A stretch of 64,000 nucleotides of DNA from an uncultured archaeon (GCA_938083505.1 CALKCF010000004.1:1-64000), one strand, 5' to 3'; shown: positions 9,468-19,768, numbered from the stretch's first letter. Notes: a model not told the origin generated them from the letters alone. Translations and numbers: made by a program.

Positions 9468-10616
9468 TTGTACGACGTTGCTTTAGTTCATTACGGCGAG
9501 ATAGGCACGAAAGGTGCTAATAGGCACATCTTTGAGAATGCGTTAGTCGAAAATATAAAATGGACATTAAAAGACAAGACGAGTGATGTTTTACGTATTA
9601 GTGGTAGAGTGTTAGTTAGGCTAAAGTCGGATGTATGTTCAGAAGAAATAAAGCAAGCCTTAGGAAGGGTGTTCGGTATAGCATGGTTTGCGCTGGCATA
9701 TGAAAGTGCACAGGATATGGGTGCTATGATTAAAGACATTCTCAGGAAACTTACAGAGCATAATATAAAGGCAAAAAGTTTCATGATCCAGACAAAAAGA
9801 GCGGATAAGAACTTTCCATACACATCCATCGAAGTTAACAAAATAATCGGTGCGAGAATACTCGAAAGTACAGGAATGAGTGTTGACTTAGAAAACCCGG
9901 ATGTTACAGTATTCATAGAGCTTGCTAACGGAAAAGCTTACCTGTACTTTGAGAAAGTAAGAGGGCTTGGGGGTTTACCAGTTGGTGTTAGCGGAAAGGT
10001 CTTGAGTCTTTTATCTGGGGGGCTGGACTCGCCAGTTGCAGCTTGGTTAATGATGAAAAGGGGGTGCCATGTTGACTTTCTCCACCTACACGCACTAAGG
10101 GACACGCAAGAAGTTCGGGAGTCTAAAGTGTTCGAAATCTTTAGGCATTTATCTTCCTTTTGTAAGGATTCAAAATTATTTGTTGCGCCTTTCTACAAAT
10201 TCTTAGAGAAAGCTCTGAAGGCACCTATAAAACTTGAACTGGTTTTGTTCAGAAAGTTCATGCTGAAGTTAGCAGAGGTTTTAGCAAAACGCGAAGGTTA
10301 TTTAGGCATGGTAACAGGAGATAGCATAGGACAAGTCGCGTCTCAGACACTTCGGAATATCTGGTCTGCTCAAAGAGGCTTGGATTTACCAGTTTACAGA
10401 CCTCTTTTGACTTATGACAAAGAAGAAATAATAAGATTAGCTAAGCGTATCGGCACCTATGAGTTATCTTTAAAGAAATACAAAGATTGTTGTTCGATCA
10501 TCGCTAGACATCCTGAAACTTCATCTAAACCCGAGATAGTCCAAGAAATTTGGGATAAGCTTGGATTAGAGGAAGCAGTTATAGGCACAGTTGGTCTTAT
10601 CGAGTTGCTAGAATAG
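9468..10616 (+). CDS. thiI: tRNA 4-thiouridine synthase (THUMP plus PP-loop, no rhodanese domain)
   Basis: HYGEIGTKG, GLGGLPVG, LLSGGLDSPVA, GQVASQT, DCC. Confidence 0.93.
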   Translation: MYDVALVHYGEIGTKGANRHIFENALVENIKWTLKDKTSDVLRISGRVLVRLKSDVCSEEIKQALGRVFGIAWFALAYESAQDMGAMIKDILRKLTEHNIKAKSFMIQTKRADKNFPYTSIEVNKIIGARILESTGMSVDLENPDVTVFIELANGKAYLYFEKVRGLGGLPVGVSGKVLSLLSGGLDSPVAAWLMMKRGCHVDFLHLHALRDTQEVRESKVFEIFRHLSSFCKDSKLFVAPFYKFLEKALKAPIKLELVLFRKFMLKLAEVLAKREGYLGMVTGDSIGQVASQTLRNIWSAQRGLDLPVYRPLLTYDKEEIIRLAKRIGTYELSLKKYKDCCSIIARHPETSSKPEIVQEIWDKLGLEEAVIGTVGLIELLE

Positions 10617-10665
10617 CGCTATGTTTTTAGAGAAGAGCAAAACAAAATTTGAAGGGTAATGCGGT

Positions 10666-11328
10666 ATGAGGATAGCACTTTTAGGAGGTACTGGTGGTCA
10701 GGGTTTCGGTCTCGCTCTGAGGTTCTGTAAAGCAGGTATGGATGTAATTATCGGCTCAAGAAGTACGGAAAGGGCTTTGGAAGCTGCAAAGAATGTTAGA
10801 ACAACGTTAGGTAGTGACATAAAAGTTGAGGGCATGTTGAACGAAGAGGCGGCTAAGGTAGCGGATGTTGTATTACTTACGGTTCCGCTAATAGGTCTTA
10901 TGCCGATTCTCAAAGCTATCGCGAACGATGTAAACGGAAAAGTTGTGGTGTCTACGGTTGTTCCACTTGAGACAGAAATAGGTGGAGCACCTAGGCCCAT
11001 ACGTCTATGGTCAGGGTCAGTCGCTGAGCTTGTTGCCGAAAGATTAAAGAACTCTAAAATTGTAGCGGCATTTCACAACATTTCAGCCGATGCTTTAAAT
11101 GAGCTTGAAAAATCAGTTGAATGTGACGTTATTGTCTGCAGTGACCACGAAGACGCGAAGCAGTTGATTATGCAACTATCAGAGAAGATAGAGGGTGTGA
11201 GAGCTATTGACGGTGGACCTTTAAGAAACTCAAGATACGTCGAAGAACTTACCGCGCTACTCATCTTTTTAGACAAAAGGTATTCTGTCAAATTCTCGGG
11301 CTTACGCTTTACCGGAATTAAAATGTAA
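10666..11328 (+). CDS. npdG: NADPH-dependent F420 reductase (F420H2:NADP+ oxidoreductase)
   Basis: LGGTGGQGFGLALR, IIGSRS, AFHNISA, DGGPLRNSRYVE. Confidence 0.88.
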   Translation: MRIALLGGTGGQGFGLALRFCKAGMDVIIGSRSTERALEAAKNVRTTLGSDIKVEGMLNEEAAKVADVVLLTVPLIGLMPILKAIANDVNGKVVVSTVVPLETEIGGAPRPIRLWSGSVAELVAERLKNSKIVAAFHNISADALNELEKSVECDVIVCSDHEDAKQLIMQLSEKIEGVRAIDGGPLRNSRYVEELTALLIFLDKRYSVKFSGLRFTGIKM

Positions 11329-11368
11329 AGTAACGTATTTCAATAAGCAAGGGTAACCGAAAATAGGC

Positions 11369-12727
11369 ATGGTTGATCCAAACATTTTCAGGGCATATGA
11401 CATCAGAGGTGTTTTTGGTAAAGATATAAACGAAGAGGTCGCGACCATATTGGGTAAGGTTTTTGGAACTTACATTGGCAACAAGGGCGAAGTCCTTGCT
11501 GGTAGGGATGTTAGGCTTAGTGGAGAAACATTATGTAAAGCCTTCAGTAATGGAATTATGGAAGCTGGATGTAACGTTTACGATGCTGGAATCATACCAA
11601 CGCCTGTTGCGTATTTTGGAGTCGTAGCGTTAAAGATGGATGGTGGGTTTCAGGTAACGGCATCACATAACCCGCCGGAATGGAATGGTTTCAAAATAAT
11701 ACTTAATACAGGTGACACCGTGTCAGAAGGGTTTGGTATGGAAAAGATAAAAGACATGACAATGAAACACGAATTTAAGCTTGCAGAAAAGAAGGGTTGT
11801 TTAAAAAGAATGGATATTCTTCCAGTTTATGAGAACTTTTTACTGGGAAGGTTTAGGTTGGAGAGAAAGGTAAAAGTGGCGCTTGATTTATCAAACGGTG
11901 CAGGATGTAATTTTATTCCAAAACTTCTGTCCAAAGCAGGTTGCGAAGTGATTGCTATAAACGATGTAGCAGATGGAAACTTTCCGGGACACTTACCCGA
12001 ACCTACGCAAGAAACCATGCAACAACTTTCACAGTTGGTTATTGGCTCCAAAGCCGATTTTGGTGTTGGTTTAGATGGTGATGCGGACAGGGCAGTATTC
12101 GTTGACGACCTAGGGAGAATACTGCCAGGAGATGTTGCACTTGCTGTATTCGTTACCAACTTGAATAAGAAAGGTAAGGTAGTTTACGATGTCAGCTGCT
12201 CATCCTTCCTGAAGAAGATTATAGAAGAAACTGGTTGCGAGCCTATTGAAAGCAGAGTTGGCAGGGCTTTTATGATGAGAAAGGTCAGAGAAACTGGCGC
12301 GTTAATTGGTGGAGAAAAAAGCAACCACATATACTTCTCGGATGTTTATGGCTTTGACGATGCAATATTTGCGATTTGTAAAATGGCCGAGATAATCTCA
12401 AAAAGTGAGACTAAGCTCTCAGAAATCGTCGATAAATTTCCGAAACTTCCATCCACGCCCATAATGTCGTTTGACTGTCCAGATGAATACAAATTTAGAG
12501 TTGTGGAAGAACTTGCAAAGTTTTTCGAATCAAAAGGATTTATCATCAATAGGATTGACGGTGTGAAAGCAATTTCTGAGGATTGTTGGGTCCTCGTCAG
12601 ACCTTCAAACACTATGCCGCAAATAAAGATAACTGCCGAAGCTAAGACGGAAGAGAAATTAAAGGAACTTGTTAATATAACACAAGAAATTATCAAGAAA
12701 AAAATCGACGAAATTTCAGGAGAATAA
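11369..12727 (+). CDS. Phosphomannomutase/phosphoglucomutase
   Basis: FRAYDIRG, TASHNP, DGDADR, GGEKSNH, RPSNT. Confidence 0.93.
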   Translation: MVDPNIFRAYDIRGVFGKDINEEVATILGKVFGTYIGNKGEVLAGRDVRLSGETLCKAFSNGIMEAGCNVYDAGIIPTPVAYFGVVALKMDGGFQVTASHNPPEWNGFKIILNTGDTVSEGFGMEKIKDMTMKHEFKLAEKKGCLKRMDILPVYENFLLGRFRLERKVKVALDLSNGAGCNFIPKLLSKAGCEVIAINDVADGNFPGHLPEPTQETMQQLSQLVIGSKADFGVGLDGDADRAVFVDDLGRILPGDVALAVFVTNLNKKGKVVYDVSCSSFLKKIIEETGCEPIESRVGRAFMMRKVRETGALIGGEKSNHIYFSDVYGFDDAIFAICKMAEIISKSETKLSEIVDKFPKLPSTPIMSFDCPDEYKFRVVEELAKFFESKGFIINRIDGVKAISEDCWVLVRPSNTMPQIKITAEAKTEEKLKELVNITQEIIKKKIDEISGE

Positions 12728-12730
12728 GTT

Positions 12731-13405
12731 TTGAGCATTTTAGAGAGCTTCTACGAACTCATCGATCTTTTTACCTCATACGGTTATTTCGGCTCTTTTA
12801 TCATATCTTTAATGGGTAGTCTCATACCTTTCTTACCCTTACCGTACCTTTTTCCTATAGTTCTATTAAGCATGAAGCTCGACCCGTTACTTTTAGGTGT
12901 GCTATCAGGATTAGGGGGCTCCTTGGGTAAAGTTACATCTTATGTTGCAGGTAGATTTTGGAGAAGGTTTGCATCACAAACTAGCAAGAAAAACCTTGAT
13001 TTTTTCAGGTTTGCTGTTAATAAATATGGTGCGATTGCTGTCTTCTTATTCGCGTTGACTCCCTTACCCGATGACGTCATCTACATACCCATGGGCCTCA
13101 TAGGTTATGGTTTTTTGAAGTTTATGCTGGCAAACTGCGCTGGTAAAATCATTCTTGCTATATTCGTTGCATACATTGGCAGATACTACAAAGAACTAAT
13201 GGACATGTTCATTGGCGAGTCGATGAGCATAGTATCTGTTCTCATTGCTGTAATGATTATGATATTCTTTTCTATCGTTCTGTTTAAAATAGATTGGCAA
13301 GAATTCATAATAATCTTTAGGCAGAAGGGATGGAAAGGTGTTTTAGTCGAGCTACCAAGGTTAATTGGTCCATCCAAAAAAAGAAAACGTTTAAACTACT
13401 CTTAA
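12731..13405 (+). CDS. DedA/VTT (YqaA-like) membrane protein
   Basis: Hydrophobic; IPFLPLPY and FALTPLPDD motifs. Confidence 0.78.
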   Translation: MSILESFYELIDLFTSYGYFGSFIISLMGSLIPFLPLPYLFPIVLLSMKLDPLLLGVLSGLGGSLGKVTSYVAGRFWRRFASQTSKKNLDFFRFAVNKYGAIAVFLFALTPLPDDVIYIPMGLIGYGFLKFMLANCAGKIILAIFVAYIGRYYKELMDMFIGESMSIVSVLIAVMIMIFFSIVLFKIDWQEFIIIFRQKGWKGVLVELPRLIGPSKKRKRLNYS

Positions 13406-13423
13406 ATAACTTCACGTAAGGAC

Positions 13424-14872
13424 ATGGAGACCATAACATCGGAAGAGATGGCGGTTGCTGATGAGAATAGTGAGTATCTTGGCATACCGAGAATTCTTTT
13501 GATGGAGAATGCAGGCAAAGCTGTTGCTGATCACCTGAAGGAATATTTTAAAGATCTGAGGGGCAAATTTGTGACTGTTTTTTGTGGCACCGGTAACAAC
13601 GGTGGGGATGGAATGGTTGCCGCTAGACATCTAGCAGGTTATGGTTGCAAGGTCCTCGTAATATTTCTGGGAAGTCCGGATAAAATAAGGACTTACGAAG
13701 CGAGCAAGAACTTTACAGCAATTAATTCGATGAAAACAACGATAGAGGTAATCGTGACTAAAGATGTTACAACATTGGAATCATTAACCGATAGAATAAA
13801 AAATTCGGATGTTATCGTTGATGCTATATTTGGTACAGGTATAAAAGGAGAAATCAGAGAACCATGGTTGACTGCAATAAAACAAATCAATGAATCAGGT
13901 AAGTACGTGTTGGCGATAGACGTTCCCTCAGGTCTTGACCCAGATACAGGTGCCGTTGCAGGTACAGCAGTTAAGGCAAACACGACTATAACCTTTCACA
14001 GAATAAAGCCGGGTCTATTGACAGAGCAGGGTAAAATACTATCAGGTAGGCTAATAGTTGCATCAATAGGTATACCACCAGAGGCTGAATTGATCGCAGG
14101 ACCCGGTGATTTGAGAGTTGCAGCGACTTATGTTGGTAAGTATGGAGGAAGACTCGGCATCGCGGTTGACGAGATATCGGACGATAACGTAATTTTGTTG
14201 CAAATATGCAGCTTGATTTGTAAAGAGGTCGTTGTGACAAGCAGGGTTATACTTTCCGAGTTTTCAAAACACAACGTAAAATATGTGAATATTGAAAAGT
14301 TTATAGATTCTGCTAAGATGCTTCCAGTCGTATTTCTTGAGGGAAATGTCGGAAAAGACGTTTTGATAAAGATAATAAATTCTGGTGTTAAAGTCAGCAT
14401 GTTTACCCATTCGTATGAGCTTGCAAACTTGGCTAAAAAGCACCTTGACGTAGTATTAAGTCTTCAATCAAAAGACGTCACATCCTTAGGGTTGTCTACA
14501 CCGGATGCGTTTAAAGATATAAAATCAGTTATGAAAGTTGCAAAAGATCTGAGCAAAAAGTTCGGTATACCAGTGAGCATAATGGCAGAAATTGATGGTA
14601 TATCAGATGGAAGGACTGTAAAGGTAAATTGGTTTTCAGATCCGATTCGTGAACTGATGCATAAGTATCTTTACTTTACAATTGCGTTGGCATTTCTGTC
14701 ATGGGGAGTAGGTGCCGTGAGGTCTTTATCAGCAGCCAGCTTCCTTACGAGAAACGTAATCGCTAAGCTATTACAAGTGCATAGGATTACAACTTTTGAT
14801 AACATACTCTTAACTCTCAGGAATCTTTTGGACGAAATGAAACTATCAAATATTCTTCAAAATTCTTCATGA
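13424..14872 (+). CDS. nnrE: NAD(P)H-hydrate epimerase fused to a degenerate dehydratase-like domain
   Basis: LMENAG, GTGNNGGDG, DAIFGTG, IDVPSG; C-terminal half lacks the NnrD catalytic motifs. Confidence 0.88.
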   Translation: METITSEEMAVADENSEYLGIPRILLMENAGKAVADHLKEYFKDLRGKFVTVFCGTGNNGGDGMVAARHLAGYGCKVLVIFLGSPDKIRTYEASKNFTAINSMKTTIEVIVTKDVTTLESLTDRIKNSDVIVDAIFGTGIKGEIREPWLTAIKQINESGKYVLAIDVPSGLDPDTGAVAGTAVKANTTITFHRIKPGLLTEQGKILSGRLIVASIGIPPEAELIAGPGDLRVAATYVGKYGGRLGIAVDEISDDNVILLQICSLICKEVVVTSRVILSEFSKHNVKYVNIEKFIDSAKMLPVVFLEGNVGKDVLIKIINSGVKVSMFTHSYELANLAKKHLDVVLSLQSKDVTSLGLSTPDAFKDIKSVMKVAKDLSKKFGIPVSIMAEIDGISDGRTVKVNWFSDPIRELMHKYLYFTIALAFLSWGVGAVRSLSAASFLTRNVIAKLLQVHRITTFDNILLTLRNLLDEMKLSNILQNSS

Positions 14873-14914
14873 ACTTCAGCCGTAATGTGTCGTATGAAGA
14901 TCGTGCATGTCGAA

Positions 14915-15784
14915 CTAATCTTCCACCACAACATCATATACTTTCAGTATGTGTGGTATTTCATCTAATAAATCAGTTGCTACTATGTGATGACCGAGTC
15001 TAGCGGTAGCCCTCTCACCGGCTAAGCCGTTCACTCTTGCGGCAGCCACAGCAGCTTCGATAGGCTTTACGCCCTTTGATAGGAAACCTGCCACGAGCCC
15101 GGAAAGCACGTCACCAGTTCCACCTACTGTCATCGCAGGGGTACCCGTTCTGTTAAGCACAACTTCGTTACCATCCGAGATGACATCTACAGGCCCTTTT
15201 AGAAGTATCGTTAATGAATACTCTAAAGCTTTCTCCTTAACATGGGCGATACGTTCCTCGACACTCTTTGCAAGTTCGACACCAAAAAGTCTTTTAAACT
15301 CTCCTGCGTGTGGTGTGAGGACCGCCCTTTTTCCCTTTACAACCGCTAGTAAGTCTGGTATTAACGCTGCCGCATCTAACACAACCGCTATGTTATTTTC
15401 TAAGAGTTCCTTTAGAAGGAATATCAAAGCATCAGCGTCCTTTGGTACAAGCCCGGGACCTACTACCGCCGCATCAACCTCAGGAAGGATCTTTTCAAGC
15501 CTTCTAACAGAACCCTTCGTAAGCTTCAAATTTGGTAAGGGTAGTACGATGAAGTTTGGCGATAATGCTCTTATAGCCGTCGCTATCTTCTCTGGTACCG
15601 CAATATAAACTAGGTCTACGCCGCATCTAAAAGATGCCATGCCCGCAAGGGCCGGAGCACCATGGTAGAGCCAACTTCCACCCACGACGAGTACTATGCC
15701 GTTTTCACCCTTTCTTGAGCGCACCCTCCTAGGCTTTATCGCGTTTTTGATATCATCATCTGAGGACTCCCTAACTTGACCCAA
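14915..15784 (-). CDS. nnrD: ADP-dependent NAD(P)H-hydrate dehydratase
   Basis: RKGENG, VGGSWLYHGAP, GPGL, LTPHAGEF, LLKG, GGTGDVLSG. Confidence 0.92.
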   Translation of the reverse strand: MGQVRESSDDDIKNAIKPRRVRSRKGENGIVLVVGGSWLYHGAPALAGMASFRCGVDLVYIAVPEKIATAIRALSPNFIVLPLPNLKLTKGSVRRLEKILPEVDAAVVGPGLVPKDADALIFLLKELLENNIAVVLDAAALIPDLLAVVKGKRAVLTPHAGEFKRLFGVELAKSVEERIAHVKEKALEYSLTILLKGPVDVISDGNEVVLNRTGTPAMTVGGTGDVLSGLVAGFLSKGVKPIEAAVAAARVNGLAGERATARLGHHIVATDLLDEIPHILKVYDVVVED

Positions 15785-15832
15785 GTATTAACCTCCAAAG
15801 AAATAAAACAACATTAAACAATAAAAATATTC

Positions 15833-15857
15833 GCGCCGAGGTCAAAGAGCTCGGCGC
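15833..15857. terminator. GC-rich hairpin downstream of alba (possible terminator or structured RNA)
   Basis: GCGCCGAG-N9-CTCGGCGC perfect 8-bp stem; T-rich tract follows on the minus strand. Confidence 0.4.
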
Positions 15858-15884
15858 ATTATAGGGAGTCTTTGGGCTATATGC

Positions 15885-16196
15885 TCACTTACTCTTCTTA
15901 GCTGCTTGCTCCGGAACGCTAATGAGTATCTCAATCGTACTGACGTTTCTCGGCTTACCGTCAGCACCTACTCTACCTTCTTCGGTACCAATGTTGACTT
16001 TTTCTACAATGGCATTTTGGACGAATCTCCTTCTAACAACTTCCACGATGTCAACGGCCTTGCTTATAGCCCGCCCTCTTGCTTTCAACAACACCTTTTT
16101 GCCTTCAGCGAGCGGCAGCGTGGTAGCGAGCACATAGTTCATCGTAGGTTTCTTTCCTACGAGAACAACGGCTTCCGTGCTACTCATGTTCTCCAC
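15885..16196 (-). CDS. albA: DNA/RNA-binding protein Alba
   Basis: VGKKPTMNYVLA, KARGRAISKAVD, VSTIEI. Confidence 0.95.
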   Translation of the reverse strand: MENMSSTEAVVLVGKKPTMNYVLATTLPLAEGKKVLLKARGRAISKAVDIVEVVRRRFVQNAIVEKVNIGTEEGRVGADGKPRNVSTIEILISVPEQAAKKSK

Positions 16197-16260
16197 CCTT
16201 ATTTATGCGGTTATTTTTGTAATTTCTCGGTAAATAAGCTTTTTCCAAGACTCTAAGCAT

Positions 16261-17196
16261 TCAGGAGCGACCTTGCCTCATCCATTCTTCGAAAGCCAAT
16301 ACAAGTAGGGGTAAGGCTATGGACATATCCAGGCATACGTTCGCTATCATGCCTCCTACCTTGACCTTTCCCCAAGATTTGGCCTCCTCTAACCTTGCAC
16401 CACTAAGCCCACCATGCTCTTCTCTATCAGTAGTTATTTGAATGGCATAACTCAGTGGCCTGTCAGCGGCATTAACCGCCATCATCGTAAAGTGCTTTGG
16501 GGTGCCGCCGCCAAGGAAAATGGCTCCAGTACGTTTCGAAGCCCATACCCTATCCACCAATTTGCTTACATCGGAAAGTGTGTCCAGCTTCACCTTACCA
16601 CCAGTCGTGAACCTGATCTGGCTTCCAATTATCGAGTCTGCTAAGGCCGGACTGAATACTTCGACCCCCAGCTCATAGGATGTTCTTATAAAAGAATTTT
16701 CGTCTTTTATTTTTGAAGCCAGTATTTTAATTATTTCTGAGCTGGAGAAAGTGCCGCTTACGGTTTCAAAAGTTTCTTTTGTGAAGTTCTCCAGCATAAT
16801 GTAGGACTCTTTTGTAACCCCTACATTGTATATTCTATAAATTCCCATTTTTGTTAACTTTACATCATCCATCTCTTCATGTTCAAGCACAAAATGTTTA
16901 CCACCTATCGCCTCTATAACATCATGCGTTATGTTCGCACCAGTAGTTACGATCGTATTGACGAAACCGAATCTTATAAGCTTAGTTATAAGGGGTCTTA
17001 AGCCAGACGCGACGGCGGCACCAGCAATTCCAATTAATCTATGGCATTCGTTATCTAGAAACATGTTTATCATTATCGAGAACGCCCTGCCTAACTCCCT
17101 TGCTACCATACCAATTTCGGAGAACCTCTTCAAGAGCTCGCAATATCCTATACTACAGTCAGCATCAAATTGTTTAAGCATCTTCACGTTGACCAC
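16261..17196 (-). CDS. dys: Deoxyhypusine synthase
   Basis: TTGANITHD, LGGGTPKH, GGLSGA, EAKSWGK with the active-site Lys. Confidence 0.9.
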   Translation of the reverse strand: MVNVKMLKQFDADCSIGYCELLKRFSEIGMVARELGRAFSIMINMFLDNECHRLIGIAGAAVASGLRPLITKLIRFGFVNTIVTTGANITHDVIEAIGGKHFVLEHEEMDDVKLTKMGIYRIYNVGVTKESYIMLENFTKETFETVSGTFSSSEIIKILASKIKDENSFIRTSYELGVEVFSPALADSIIGSQIRFTTGGKVKLDTLSDVSKLVDRVWASKRTGAIFLGGGTPKHFTMMAVNAADRPLSYAIQITTDREEHGGLSGARLEEAKSWGKVKVGGMIANVCLDMSIALPLLVLAFEEWMRQGRS

Positions 17197-17580
17197 TCAA
17201 ACTTGCTCTTTTAACGAAAAAGGCTTACCTTCTTTTAGAACCTTTTCAGGAATTTTCTCCTTCCATTTTCTCAGAAATTCGACGTCTTCGTTAAACTTTC
17301 TGAGCTCATCAGGTAACAACCTGGGTATCTCCTCTTCTATCGGATACCATCTCCCGCAACCATCACATATTAACATTCCGGATGATATTTCCTTTGTATA
17401 ACATGTTACACAATCTGGATTCTGCAAATCAAAGATACGGCTGTTGTGGTAAGCGCAGTAGAGCTCACATTTCCTAGTGCTTCTTGGAGGTTGAAGTTTT
17501 AGCTCAGCAAATACCAAAAGCAGGAGCGGAAACTTCTTACAAATTGGACATGCAAGCAAGTCCATTAGCCTATACTTCAA
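17197..17580 (-). CDS. Trm112 family methyltransferase activator with a Cys-rich insert
   Basis: LMDLLACPICK...GMLICDGCGRWYPIEEEIPRLL. Confidence 0.85.
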   Translation of the reverse strand: MKYRLMDLLACPICKKFPLLLLVFAELKLQPPRSTRKCELYCAYHNSRIFDLQNPDCVTCYTKEISSGMLICDGCGRWYPIEEEIPRLLPDELRKFNEDVEFLRKWKEKIPEKVLKEGKPFSLKEQV

Positions 17581-17608
17581 AGCACCTCACCCATTAGTTA
17601 ACAAACTA

Positions 17609-18073
17609 TCATAATTTTGACGTTGGAACAAAAGGCTTTACGTTAAACAATCTTGAATATTCTTTCATCATACATCTGTCCCAGATAACTATTATGCCAG
17701 CTTTTCGCAATTTCTCAACCGCCTCCTTGTTGTATATGCCCTCCTGCATCCAGAAGACTTTTGTGCCTTTTCTTATCGCCTCCTCAGCCACTGGCGGTAC
17801 ATCTTCAGAACGTCTGAATACATTAATTATATCAATATCTTCTGGAATCTCGAGAAGGTTCTTGTAAGACTTCAATGTTTGATTTCCGACGTTGATTTCG
17901 TCTGAATTAGGGTTAACTGGTATTATTTTGTATCCGTGCTTCATAAGGAACTTTGGAACATAATGGCCCGGCTTTCGCGGATCCCTACTCATACCAACTA
18001 CGGCTACGACATTGTATTCGGAAAGTATGCTTTTTATTTCCTCATCAGAAAGGCCGTCTCTCTCTTCTAGCAT
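17609..18073 (-). CDS. CoA-binding protein (YccU-like)
   Basis: VAVVGMS, GYKIIPVNP, DIINVFR, WMQEG, DRCM. Confidence 0.9.
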   Translation of the reverse strand: MLEERDGLSDEEIKSILSEYNVVAVVGMSRDPRKPGHYVPKFLMKHGYKIIPVNPNSDEINVGNQTLKSYKNLLEIPEDIDIINVFRRSEDVPPVAEEAIRKGTKVFWMQEGIYNKEAVEKLRKAGIIVIWDRCMMKEYSRLFNVKPFVPTSKL

Positions 18074-18269
18074 AATAATTGGAAAGCCAAACCTTCGTCT
18101 TAAACTTTATTCCCTAAATATGTAGAGAAGACCCCGTCAACCATATGGGAAATGAACCACATGAAAATTTTCAAAAATTTGTAGAGGTTTTCGTCACTTG
18201 CACTCTTTTAACTTTTCGCTTTCTTCGCATCACGCTTTCGTTGTTAATTGTAACACTTACAATCTCCGT

Positions 18270-18773
18270 CTAGTATGCTGTAACGGACTTTACAGTCGGA
18301 ACGTTCAGTATCTTTCGGATAGCTTCACCAGAGGGGTGCTTGTCAAGGACAAGTATCAGCTTAGGTTCAGGAAATAGGTCAGGGTCCTCTGCGGAAGCCT
18401 GCCTTATAACTATGCCTTCTTCGGATAATGTCGTGGCAATCTTTGCAAGCACACCAACGGCGGAGGGGTCTGCCTTGATCTCGAGAACGGAATAACCCAG
18501 GACCTTTGCGATCGGTGATAGTAAAGCCCCTGCAGTCTTCAGACCCATGAAGACCTTTTTTAGCTTCTCGTCTGACAACAGGTGTTCGACGGTCTTCCTC
18601 ACGACCCTTCTATCAACACCAGCAGCTTTTGCAAGGGCAAGGTCTGCTATTTCGACGGGTCCTACAACTAGGCTTCCCCGTTCTGTTATACCAATTCCAT
18701 GCTCTATCATGAGCCTGACTACCTTAATACGTGCAGGATATTCCTTAAATTGTTCTAAAATGTTTTTCCACAT
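18270..18773 (-). CDS. ACT-domain regulator of amino acid metabolism (archaeal COG2150-like)
   Basis: ALAKAAGVDRRVV HTH-like segment; C-terminal ACT domain (GVLAKI..GIVIRQ..EDP); start placed at MWKN. Confidence 0.8.
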   Translation of the reverse strand: MWKNILEQFKEYPARIKVVRLMIEHGIGITERGSLVVGPVEIADLALAKAAGVDRRVVRKTVEHLLSDEKLKKVFMGLKTAGALLSPIAKVLGYSVLEIKADPSAVGVLAKIATTLSEEGIVIRQASAEDPDLFPEPKLILVLDKHPSGEAIRKILNVPTVKSVTAY

Positions 18774-18841
18774 ATCTCGACGGCAATTTTTGTACATAAA
18801 GGCTTGCCATTTATAAACCTTTTTTAATAAATATATCAACA

Positions 18842-19768
18842 ATGATTGACGTGCAGCCTTACGAAAGAGCCCATAATATAGCGACTTGCTGTCAACTTGC
18901 GCTCCTCCTAGAGGTAAGCGCTTATCCTAAGCCGGGTCTTGTGCACAGAACCAAGGAATTCCATGAGACTAGCTTCGAGCATTTCTTATCTTCAGCATCC
19001 TCATTATATTGGCCATTCTTCGAAGCTGCCATGAATGGTATAAAGGGAAAATGTTCAATCGGGCGTTTGGTAAAGCTTGCAGTGAGACGAATGCTTGACT
19101 GGCAGCACGGTGGTAACACACACCTAGGGGCCCTTTTGTTAATCATACCGATGGCAACAGCGGCCGGTATGATTAATGATTTTCCTGTCGGACCAAGCAA
19201 ACTTAGGAAAGAACTGATGAGTGTTTTAAAAATGATGAGACCCAAAGATACCAAAGAGATCTTTCAGTCCATAGCTTATGTAATGCCAGGAGGTCTTGGA
19301 AGGGTCCCCTATCTGGATGTGAAGGAACAAAGGACCTATGAAGAAATTAGGCGCAAGAAGATTACACCTATAGTGGCACTAAAGCCTTACGTAGATAGAG
19401 ACATAGTCGCACATGAGTGGGCAACAGGTTACAGTCTGACGTTTGAGTTGGGATATAAAGAGTTGAAGAGGCAGATAGCGAGGGCAAAGAACTTAAACGA
19501 AGCTATCGTTAACACGTTTTTGAAAATACTTGCTCAAAAACCAGATACACTTATTATAAGAAGGGCTGGAATCCAACTTGCTAGACTCGCGTCGGCCATG
19601 GCGGCGAAGGCAATAAAGCTAGGAGGTATAAGCTATGCAAAGGGAATCGAAGAGGTTGCAAAGATGGATGAACAATTTAGGAAGACAAAGTCCATGAGAC
19701 CCGGCGCAACAGCTGACCTTTTATGTTCGTCCTTAGTCGTTCTCTTAATGGAGGGTTTTCGACCCTAG
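18842..19768 (+). CDS. CitG family triphosphoribosyl-dephospho-CoA synthase-like protein
   Basis: LEVSAYPKPGLVH, GGNTHLG, PGATADL. Confidence 0.85.
   Translation: MIDVQPYERAHNIATCCQLALLLEVSAYPKPGLVHRTKEFHETSFEHFLSSASSLYWPFFEAAMNGIKGKCSIGRLVKLAVRRMLDWQHGGNTHLGALLLIIPMATAAGMINDFPVGPSKLRKELMSVLKMMRPKDTKEIFQSIAYVMPGGLGRVPYLDVKEQRTYEEIRRKKITPIVALKPYVDRDIVAHEWATGYSLTFELGYKELKRQIARAKNLNEAIVNTFLKILAQKPDTLIIRRAGIQLARLASAMAAKAIKLGGISYAKGIEEVAKMDEQFRKTKSMRPGATADLLCSSLVVLLMEGFRP

Noticed and set aside
18171-18230. Short basic minus-strand ORF MRRKRKVKRVQVTKTSTNF, considered as ribosomal L41e
   Set aside because: Only 19 aa and lacks the W-KK-RR pattern; no other support
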